Positions 10,401 through 17,464 of a stretch of DNA of 64,000 bases are shown in pieces. Under the pieces are notes generated by a model that was not told the DNA's origin, made no database searches, and saw nothing but the letters and a program-made list of their open reading frames with translations. Position 1 is the stretch's first letter. Each line of letters opens with the position of its first letter. The translations under genes and the position numbers were made by a program. The DNA lies in contig QPMI01000567.1 in assembly GCA_004431415.1 (NCBI GenBank), positions 1 to 64,000 of the forward strand, read 5' to 3'. Source of the stretch: Cyanophora paradoxa CCMP329 (taxonomy: Eukaryota > Plantae > Glaucophyta).

Positions 10401-13340
10401 CCCATATTGAATAATGAAGATCTTAAAATTAATTCGAGCAATATATTTATTGAAAATCTCACAGTTACCAAAAATGCAACTCTACCACATCATCCAACAT
10501 CGAATGTTGTTTTAGATTGGTTAGCAAAACAAAAACACACAAAAGCAGATATTACGGATTTCGCCCATACTCACACAAAAGATCAAATCACAGATTTCGC
10601 CCATACACACACCAAAGATCAAATAACAGATTTCGCACATACTCACACAAAAGATCAAATAACAGATTTCGCACATACTCACACAAAAGATCAAATAACA
10701 GATTTCGCCCATACTCATTTATGGGAGCATATCACAAATCCTCCGTTAACCTTCCCACCTGATTCACACACTCATGATTATTCAGAGATTACAAATAGCA
10801 ACCACAGGCACCCATGGAGCGAAATAGACGAACAGCCAGTTTTTGCCCAATTGAATGCAATCGGAAACGTTTTTAATGGAGTCACACTTTACCAATCGAG
10901 TAATACACCTGAAAGGCTATTTTTGAATGATCATTATGTTAGTCTCAATGGTTCATTTACAGGTCAAGACGGCACACCGATGGTGGGAACTCTTGCAGTA
11001 AGATTACCCAGGGATCCAATCGTAAATGGAGTGTATAGTGGCGATTTCAATGTAGGAGTAAACGATACTTTCCCCAGTATCTATGTTACGAATTATCACC
11101 CAGGAGAAATAGGACAAGTAGCGGATTTTTCAGCAGCTATTCAAATTAACGTAACAGATCAAAGCGCATATGATGGAGCAAGACCTAAAATAGTATTCAC
11201 AAGGGAGAAAGTTGTAAACTATCTTCCCGTTGCGGGACAACCCACAGATGATCACGGGAAATGTGAGATGGCGTGGATTAAAACGACATCAGGTGGCGCC
11301 TTAGAAGTCAATCAAAGAATGGCGGCGAAAAACTTACACAATACAACCCTTTCAGGTGTCGTTACAGATGATTACCTTACCAATAAAGGATATCTTACCA
11401 CCGCAGATCTCAGCAGTTATGTAACAGAAACTGAATTAACGACGGCGTTAAATCCTTACGCAACAGATGCAGAATTAACTACGGCTCTTGCGAATTATTT
11501 ACCTCTTACAGGTGGAACCGTCACCGGAACCGTTAACGCTACCACTTTACAAATTGGCGGAACCACAATACCGAAAGGTTACGAATTCGACCAATTAGAT
11601 ACTGTTTCGACAGATAGAAGCGCTAATAATTGGACTGTAACATGGGGAGCGAGAACAGGGCAAACAGGGTGTTTTACTACACCAGCAAATGATGAAGATT
11701 GCAGCGGTTGTTTTATGCGTTGGATAGTTCCGACAGGTATGAAATCATTTTATATTCAGCATTTACCGTGGAGTAGTGGGAGATATTTTGATATCTACGG
11801 TCAAACTCTAAATGGGTTTCAGCATTTCTTAAAACGAGTTAATAATTATCAAGCAATAGCAACTACCGGAATTCAAGATGGAACACATCCGGCTATTCTC
11901 TTTATTTCAATAAATTGTGAGTTTTACAAGTATATTTATGTTCAAGGTCGAAAAGGTCGCATTCATCTTACGGGGGTTTTCGGTTGGAGTAGACAAAGAG
12001 CAACGGATAATGAGGTTGGTATGATCTCTTGGGATAATATATTTAGCAAACCGTCATTTTACTCAGCCGCAGACCTTCCACAAACCGCAACATGGGCAAC
12101 AAATACATGGTTAAAATCAGTAGATGCAGTCGAGCGAATTTGGTTTGGTAATGGCGATTGCACATATATACGAGGGAGACCGAATGGTGTCGGTGTGTCA
12201 ATTGAATTTAGAGACTCAGCAGATGGAGCAATTTTAAAGTCTTATAACAATGGTAACTTTTGGGTGAAAAACACTATTACAGCACCTACTATTAATGCAA
12301 CCACCACACTCCAAATAAACGGTAATGATGTCCCAAAGTTTCACACAGTAGATAAAGCAGTAGGAGGTATTGCATTTAATAGATGTTCTGAGGGTTGGAC
12401 ATGGGCATGGAGTTCAGAATGGGATCCATATTATAATTATGGTTCATATGTTTATAATAATCAAACGGATGATCAAACATCTACCGCTTGGATTGACTTC
12501 GATATACCCGATGGATACCACACAGGAACAGCATTTTTAACCTATTTACCTTGGACTAACTCACGAATTTTTGAAATTTGGGGACTCAATCGACAAGGGA
12601 ATGAAGTTTTTATTACATCAGTAAATAGTTATCAACCATACAGCACATCTCCTAATAGTAACCACAGCGGTTTAAATAATGTTCCTATACATCTCGGTAA
12701 TCGATTTTTGACTATTCGGATTAGACCAAAGATTGGAAGAGTTCATATTATGGGTATAAGTTACATGAAAATTTGGGTTGGACATAGTTATGGAGGTCAC
12801 ACCGGTTATATTCATTGGAATAATGTTTATAGTAAACCAAATATCTTAACAGGGGCATTGGATCTTTGGTTTAACTCTAATGATGGATATAATCGTATCT
12901 ATTTTACGAATAATAGCACCACGTATTTTAAAGGAAGAGGAACTTATCCAATAAGATTTCGAAATGAATTAGATTCTGATATTTGTTGGATCGATCATGA
13001 CGGGCGGATGTGGATAAACAATTATTTAACACAAGGAAGTGACAGAAGATACAAAACAGATATTAAAAAGATAACCGGCGCTCTTTCAGCAATCGAAAAA
13101 TTAGAAGGAGTGAGTTTTAAACGAATTGGGAGTGAAAAAGACGGAACAAAATTAGGTTTAATTGCGCAAGATGTAGAAAAGGTAATACCAGAAATTGTAA
13201 GTGTCACAAAAGAAGATGGTTACCTTTCTCTCGAATACACGGGTTTAATTCCAGTTCTCATTGAAGCTGTGAAGGAGTTGTCCCAAAAATGCAAAGATCT
13301 ACAGGATCAAATAGACCAAATTAAAAATGTCAAAGTATAA
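7446..13340 (+). CDS. 1,964-aa fibre/tail-like structural protein with C-terminal peptidase S74 intramolecular chaperone
   Basis: SDRRYKTDI…LGLIAQDVEKVIPEIV…YTGLIPVLIEAVKEL plus coiled coil (S74). Also HTHTKDQITDFA phage-tail-type repeats, a LamG-like GDLAEIIVFNRALS, acidic YLPDG repeats and internal module duplications. Confidence 0.85.
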   Translation: MSFNYPPNLETIQDDNASSTKHVNFDNIKVKGSVSIDHSSDNSSKTQSREHALSVNQTDPNKEDVSVAFSLGNVKANQVAEIKATRRRPRKLKTSGTHPDIPSRFDSGRLIFNVQDEQGKQNTALRIYNEGSTAKAEVPQVLQVGPIANTNQVSYTNDVYPKDITYDFARNEPFGFFTPKDVHQKKPSITINSSPSQPVAIHLHPDLVEMDRHLLPLYSNVKDLGIRTRQWRNIHGSNVYANGEKLVSEKTIREIFEYYGPVPVPFPLPWDPPDLTPKKQPGREYTATEDVAFGQHIVSWEQVRNKPIIEPRKQIDEQYLPPEVDILELDEYQFVPDEEEYLPDGFDPQEYEYDQYDPNEEEILPDGLDPQEFEYEQNYEPDEEYLPDGHDPPAVDYEQPYEPHEELLPDGFRPEIWEFFPDWEQINNKPARYPPEDHNHDWDEILGKPQKYPPEDHRHDWGDLDGIPDKFAASNHEHTWDEINDQPEFAKVEPLDNLGVSLYQTCNVPERIFLNEHYVHVNGTLANSAMRGPLHIRTLPGSYNPPPEPGATIPNIFVSSYMEADIPTDTFRVPTDPATYQNFNSAIQVHVADVSSLDGSRPMIVFSRDKYSYIPIVGTANDNYGRAELAWIKTDYGGVLEANQRMAAKNIHNENISRVVTEDYLEEQGYIDEGELTNILSLFVIKNDTNLTVTSNIYTSNLYTSNIFTSNLWASNIWTRKLWADDIYTSNLTVYRNITIGTQNTIQILYRPYYAVTTVIDPAPIIPNCIFAWKASGQHGQLIYYQGQIYNRVTTQIPYLTNYSNWETVYYYLNATLNNQISIGKELNMAYRNSVSIDWSLGLTLFFIGRINTTNPSYMLSIRDSSYQNWIGYGCKNQKFGVSLQIQNDIENATPPLFDASYIYNSWNYWDFTVSSEQIVVGMGGIDIGTSSGDFLPPSNFASFGSSVANGDLAEIIVFNRALSIEEKNAVRYYIQLLYGFPNTQPILNNEDLKINSSNIFIENLTVTKNATLPHHPTSNVVLDWLAKQKHTKADITDFAHTHTKDQITDFAHTHTKDQITDFAHTHTKDQITDFAHTHTKDQITDFAHTHLWEHITNPPLTFPPDSHTHDYSEITNSNHRHPWSEIDEQPVFAQLNAIGNVFNGVTLYQSSNTPERLFLNDHYVSLNGSFTGQDGTPMVGTLAVRLPRDPIVNGVYSGDFNVGVNDTFPSIYVTNYHPGEIGQVADFSAAIQINVTDQSAYDGARPKIVFTREKVVNYLPVAGQPTDDHGKCEMAWIKTTSGGALEVNQRMAAKNLHNTTLSGVVTDDYLTNKGYLTTADLSSYVTETELTTALNPYATDAELTTALANYLPLTGGTVTGTVNATTLQIGGTTIPKGYEFDQLDTVSTDRSANNWTVTWGARTGQTGCFTTPANDEDCSGCFMRWIVPTGMKSFYIQHLPWSSGRYFDIYGQTLNGFQHFLKRVNNYQAIATTGIQDGTHPAILFISINCEFYKYIYVQGRKGRIHLTGVFGWSRQRATDNEVGMISWDNIFSKPSFYSAADLPQTATWATNTWLKSVDAVERIWFGNGDCTYIRGRPNGVGVSIEFRDSADGAILKSYNNGNFWVKNTITAPTINATTTLQINGNDVPKFHTVDKAVGGIAFNRCSEGWTWAWSSEWDPYYNYGSYVYNNQTDDQTSTAWIDFDIPDGYHTGTAFLTYLPWTNSRIFEIWGLNRQGNEVFITSVNSYQPYSTSPNSNHSGLNNVPIHLGNRFLTIRIRPKIGRVHIMGISYMKIWVGHSYGGHTGYIHWNNVYSKPNILTGALDLWFNSNDGYNRIYFTNNSTTYFKGRGTYPIRFRNELDSDICWIDHDGRMWINNYLTQGSDRRYKTDIKKITGALSAIEKLEGVSFKRIGSEKDGTKLGLIAQDVEKVIPEIVSVTKEDGYLSLEYTGLIPVLIEAVKELSQKCKDLQDQIDQIKNVKV
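10536..10715 (+). repeat. Coding 36-bp tandem repeat x5 (HTKDQITDFAHT)
   Basis: cacacaaaagatcaaataacagatttcgcacatact repeated in frame, with mostly synonymous variation. Confidence 0.95.
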
Positions 13341-13343
13341 TAA

Positions 13344-13649
13344 ATGGCGACCTATCCTCTTGGTGGAACCACCTATTCTACTGAGCCTGTTGCGCTTTCT
13401 TTTGATACAATCACCCTTGTAAACGCATTACAAACAGTTGAAAAAACGATTCAGCAAACTAACAAGCTCTCACCAGTTGTCAATGAGTATAAAAACCTCT
13501 TGGTTAATGTCCTTGCCAAATCTGCATATGGTGACCCTGTTGCTAAATACACTGAGTGTGATAACAATATTAAAGCAATGACATCCAACCTTCAAACACT
13601 TTCAGTTGCCTACCAATCCCTTGGATCGAATTTAATCACTTTGGCTTGA
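13344..13649 (+). CDS. Hypothetical helical viral protein, 101 aa
   Basis: Intact ORF starting 3 nt after the fibre stop codon. Confidence 0.75.
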   Translation: MATYPLGGTTYSTEPVALSFDTITLVNALQTVEKTIQQTNKLSPVVNEYKNLLVNVLAKSAYGDPVAKYTECDNNIKAMTSNLQTLSVAYQSLGSNLITLA

Positions 13650-13688
13650 TTGCAGTTTATTTTTCTTTCCTTCTTAGTAAAAGAAGCA

Positions 13689-14543
13689 ATGGGTGAATAT
13701 AATCGAGTTCAACTGCCTATATATTCCCTTGGATCCCCTGCAATGCATTTTCGCCAGCATGAAGTAAATGATGAGGTTCGTGGTTTAGAATCCACAGAGA
13801 GACCCAATTCCAATGGCAACTCCTTTGATAAAAATTCGATTATTCGAGTTAAAGAGCTGAGAGCTGATAAGAATTCTGGTGTGGTTAAAACAACTCGACT
13901 TCTTGTCACAAATGCTAACTTCTTTCAGCCTACTAATGGAGGTCCTGATGCTTACAGTGTTGATCTGAAAGCCCTTGATTATGATAAAAACACTGCTGCT
14001 GTAACTGTGAGATCAGGAGGAGCATTTATTGGTGGTGGCTGCAGAGTTTCAGGTCAGCTATCTTCATCTGTTTCCTACAATGATGTCCCAGATACTCTCG
14101 AACAAAATGTGGAGAACCCACAACGAATTCGTTTCTACACACCTGTTGCACAGCAACCTTTTTTGCATTTCTATGTTGCATCCTCTGTAACTCTTGAGAA
14201 TTCGGAATTAGTTTCCATTACAGGAACTGATCGAGTAAGAAGAAATATTCCTCTTCCCACTGCAATGCTTTCCATGTGTAGAGCCAATAATAATCAACCA
14301 GGACACAACTACTTATTCTTTGTTCAAGCTTCGAACCATTTTGGCAGAGGATATTGTGTTTATAACAATTTGACATTTACCTATGATCTGTTTGTCACTG
14401 AGGTTGGAGTATACAATACTATGATTATGGGACTGAGAACAGATATAGCAGCTGTATCAGCACTTCGTGGGGTAAATGTTGCTGATATATTCACAACAGG
14501 ATTTTACCAAGAATTAGATGTAATTGATGACCCAACCCCATAA
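13689..14543 (+). CDS. Hypothetical spike-like viral protein A (paralog of 14567-15400)
   Basis: First ATG at 13689 behind AGTAAAAGAAGC. Shares its N-terminal ~130 aa with the next ORF (GLESTE…ELRADKNSGVVKTTRLLVTNANF…SGGAFIGGG). Confidence 0.75.
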   Translation: MGEYNRVQLPIYSLGSPAMHFRQHEVNDEVRGLESTERPNSNGNSFDKNSIIRVKELRADKNSGVVKTTRLLVTNANFFQPTNGGPDAYSVDLKALDYDKNTAAVTVRSGGAFIGGGCRVSGQLSSSVSYNDVPDTLEQNVENPQRIRFYTPVAQQPFLHFYVASSVTLENSELVSITGTDRVRRNIPLPTAMLSMCRANNNQPGHNYLFFVQASNHFGRGYCVYNNLTFTYDLFVTEVGVYNTMIMGLRTDIAAVSALRGVNVADIFTTGFYQELDVIDDPTP

Positions 14544-14566
14544 AAGATATATCCCTTTAATGTAAA

Positions 14567-15400
14567 ATGGCTGAGCAACCCCCACTTGAACGAATTATTA
14601 CACCTCAGCTATCATTAGCTGCACCAGCAAACCATGTTCTGCAGCATGCTACTTTTGATGATGTAGAGGGTCTCCAATCAACAGAGGTCCAACCTACAAT
14701 GAACACCTTTGGTTCCACCCATAAACTGAGATTACAGGAACTCAGATGTGATAAAAATAATGGAATAGTTAAGACAACTAAGCTACTTGTTACCAATGCA
14801 AACTTTTCTGCTCATTATGGAGACCCAGATAGCTATGGAGATCCTCTTTCTACTTATTCTTTTGAATCTAGGTCGGGAGCTATTAACTGCAAATCGGGGG
14901 GAGCTTATATTGGTGATGGTCTTAGGGTTGGTGGGGCTGTTGGAGCGCCTTTATTTGTGAATGATCAACCCAATCCCATTGATCCCAATACAAGAATTCG
15001 AACCTATGTCCCCAGCATGAATGCCCCCTATATAATCAAAATATTCCCCATTGTAGTAAATGAACAGACAGCAGTAGTAGATTCTCTTGTTGAGATTGGT
15101 GACCACTACAAGGTTGTTGTGGATATTCCACCAGATGTATATGCTGTATGTCAAGTGGAGGGTGGAACTCCTAATTTTGCAGTTGTGATCACCCCATATG
15201 ATAATTTTGGTATTGCTTATCATGGAGTCAATTTCGGTTTGGAAGACTATCAGTTTCTGGTTAGAGCCACCAAGTTTGGTATCTACAAGTGTGTATTATA
15301 TGCTGAGAGAACCGATTTTATTGCAAAGCAGAATACCTATGCTGAATACTATGGGACAAATCGATATTTCCCCATTTTTGGGCAGGATACTGCTCCATAA
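14567..15400 (+). CDS. Hypothetical spike-like viral protein B, 277 aa
   Basis: GLQSTE…ELRCDKNNGIVKTTKLLVTNANF…SGGAYIGDG; divergent C-terminal half. Confidence 0.75.
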   Translation: MAEQPPLERIITPQLSLAAPANHVLQHATFDDVEGLQSTEVQPTMNTFGSTHKLRLQELRCDKNNGIVKTTKLLVTNANFSAHYGDPDSYGDPLSTYSFESRSGAINCKSGGAYIGDGLRVGGAVGAPLFVNDQPNPIDPNTRIRTYVPSMNAPYIIKIFPIVVNEQTAVVDSLVEIGDHYKVVVDIPPDVYAVCQVEGGTPNFAVVITPYDNFGIAYHGVNFGLEDYQFLVRATKFGIYKCVLYAERTDFIAKQNTYAEYYGTNRYFPIFGQDTAP

Positions 15401-15422
15401 GAATATTGGTTATATATAGAGT

Positions 15423-15695
15423 ATGGATAGTAAAACAAAAAAGTTTATTGATGCTGCTATGACAGTTCATGGTAAAGATAAATTCGATTACAGTGAGACA
15501 CATTACATCAAAGCTCAAGAGAAAGTATCTGTTAGATGTTTGCAGTGTAATAAGGTGATCCTTACCTATCCCTTTAATCATGTGAAGGGATCAGGTTGCA
15601 GGGAATGCAACAAAAAACATTCTCAGGCTTACAGGAAAAGGGCTTCTTCATCAATCACAGTGGAATATAGGGATGTTTGCATTAGGTTCGATTAG
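15423..15695 (+). CDS. DUF723-like zinc-ribbon protein, 90 aa
   Basis: FIDAAMTVHGKDKFDYS…CLQC…HVKGSGCREC pattern, as seen in modules attached to phage/NCLDV endonucleases. No nuclease domain is present here. Confidence 0.7.
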   Translation: MDSKTKKFIDAAMTVHGKDKFDYSETHYIKAQEKVSVRCLQCNKVILTYPFNHVKGSGCRECNKKHSQAYRKRASSSITVEYRDVCIRFD

Positions 15696-15724
15696 GTTTA
15701 ATTAATTTTTCTAAGGTATTCTTA

Positions 15725-16123
15725 ATGGAGACTCAATACAGAGGCTTTCATGTTATGCTTGATTACAAGGCTAAATCAGCTATTGCAACAGGACATGAGC
15801 ATGTTAGCTTCCTAGGTAATTGGATTATGGGAACCCTTGAACAAGCTATATTAAGACAAGGCATAAGAATTGTTCATAAACACTGTGAGATATTTGATGG
15901 GAAACTATCACCTCCTGGATTTGCATTGGTTCTGCTATTAGATGAAAGCCATTGCACAGCTCATTGTTATTCCAATGAAGGCATGTTAGCAATTGATATA
16001 TTCAGTTGTGGTAAAGAAGCTCAGCATAAAACACAAGCAGTAGCAGATGAGATAGATAAAACAATGAATTTCCTCACATTTGAGAAGACTGAGAGAAATA
16101 AACATGAAAGATTCCCGTTTTGA
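15725..16123 (+). CDS. speD: Prokaryotic-type (short, pyruvoyl-dependent) S-adenosylmethionine decarboxylase proenzyme
   Basis: GFHVMLD, PPGFALVLLLDESHCTAHCY (ESH autocleavage site) and AIDIFSCG; 132 aa. Confidence 0.9.
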   Translation: METQYRGFHVMLDYKAKSAIATGHEHVSFLGNWIMGTLEQAILRQGIRIVHKHCEIFDGKLSPPGFALVLLLDESHCTAHCYSNEGMLAIDIFSCGKEAQHKTQAVADEIDKTMNFLTFEKTERNKHERFPF

Positions 16124-16124
16124 T

Positions 16125-17214
16125 GAGTTTCTATAATGATTTGTTAAAGGATTCCTTTGTTTTCTAACAATAACATTGATCAGCTACTGTTACAAAAGGA
16201 TATAATATATCCATTTCCTACAGTAGCTTTCTACAATGATTATTTTCCGGATTCCGGTTATTGTTTACAGTAGAAATCTAATGTATGATGTAGCCGAAAT
16301 ATGAATGCACCCTACACCTTCAGGTGTAAGATTTCGAATACTATTCGATTTCCTTACACTAAAACTCAGCATCTGCCCTAGATTCCCCCTATTATATAAT
16401 ATTTATATTAAAGTGGACTCAAGGTTGACTCATATTAATCGTAAAAGTAGTAATAGTATATGGATTTTGTTACGAATTCAATGCAAGGGTTGACTAAGTG
16501 GGTTGAGTTGACTCAAATTTCACAGGAAATATTTGGGACCTAAAGTTTTCTAAAAAGGATTTCAAAAAATGTGTCAACTCCCCCCACTTAGTCAACCCTG
16601 ACCATAAACAGTAAGGATTTGAGCTAACATGTATCACAAAGTGAACATTTTGAGTCCACTTAGAAGATCCACTTTTGAAATCCAAGTTGATTTTGCTTGA
16701 AATTTCAAAGTTGATCTAAAAGTGAGTCCACCCTGATTGATTATGGTAACAAAGTTGACTAAGTTGACTAAGTTGAGTCATCTTAAGAAATTCAAAGAGA
16801 CTAAGAGTTCAAAATGTTTATGAAAAGTGAGTCAACTTAGACCACTTCTGATAACAAAGTTAAATATTTAATTGATTTAATCGGAAAAGAACATGATTTA
16901 ATCGAATTTATTGATATAATTCCGATTAGATTCATTTAGGATTCAATTAAGATCAATCGAAGTTATTGATATAATTCCGATTAACTACAATTAAGATACA
17001 ATATCGATTAATCGAGTTTATCGATATAACATCGATTAAATTAATTGAAAATGCATATAAAAATATGAAAATTCAGGTGAAAATTCAAATAAATTAATCG
17101 ATTTTATTGATATAACATCGAATCACACATATGAATATTCATATTTTAATCCTGAGGCGGAACGCCGAGGGATTAAAATATGAATATTCATATGTGTATA
17201 GTGTTATAAAATAT
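16125..17214. repeat. Non-coding, repeat-rich viral terminus (probable TIR/origin region)
   Basis: About a dozen GTTGACT/AGTCAAC/GTCCAC-type motifs in both orientations, a ~27-bp inverted repeat (16486-16512 / 16573-16599) and four TTATYGATATAA… direct repeats (16,905-17,120). Confidence 0.7.
17125..17197. repeat. Perfect 28-bp inverted repeat (hairpin/cruciform) at the virus end
   Basis: acacatatgaatattcatattttaatcc (17125-17152) and its exact reverse complement (17170-17197). The loop contains GGCG-GAA-CGCC. Confidence 0.95.
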
Positions 17215-17464
17215 CCGAACCGAGACGGCGCCGGTCTTCGCGGCGACGGGGGCGACCGAAGCGAAGAACGTGACGAGCGAGCCAGCGGTCTGACGGGATC
17301 GGAGGCGGGCTCGAATTCAGAGCCGTTGCGTGGAAGAGGTTTTTATATTGAGCACCTTGGCATCAGCGAGGTTCACGCCAGACTTCGTGGCCTCCTGGTT
17401 AACGACCTGCAGTAAAAGGCTGCATTCAGACTGCGAAAGAGACCGAATAAAACGACGCTGGAAT

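Larger units (their letters stand above)
1..17214. mobile_element. Endogenous small dsDNA virus (Polinton-like virus / NCLDV-like dwarf virus type), right part; left part lies outside the window
   Basis: AT-rich, intronless, densely packed ORFs including packaging ATPase, DJR capsid and two pentons. Abrupt switch to GC-rich, intron-containing host DNA at ~17,215 (…gttataaaatat|ccgaaccgagacggcgcc). No polymerase or integrase is visible in the window. Confidence 0.9.

Noticed and set aside
10536-10715. 36-bp repeats resembling a CRISPR array
   Set aside because: The repeats are contiguous with no spacers, lie in frame within the fibre gene, and there are no cas genes.
11590-12840. Diversity-generating retroelement acting on the fibre
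   Set aside because: The duplicated modules are diverged at all positions rather than at adenines only, and the only RT in the window is Gypsy-type.
130-13207. Short antisense or alternate-frame ORFs over viral genes (e.g. 2976-3317, 7602-7997, 8365-8622, 13022-13207)
   Set aside because: They are shadows of longer motif-bearing genes.
16214-16226. TTCCTACAGTAG in the viral terminus matching the MITE TIR end
   Set aside because: The match is only ~12 bp, lies within a local family of similar AT-rich motifs, and has no properly oriented partner; likely chance.
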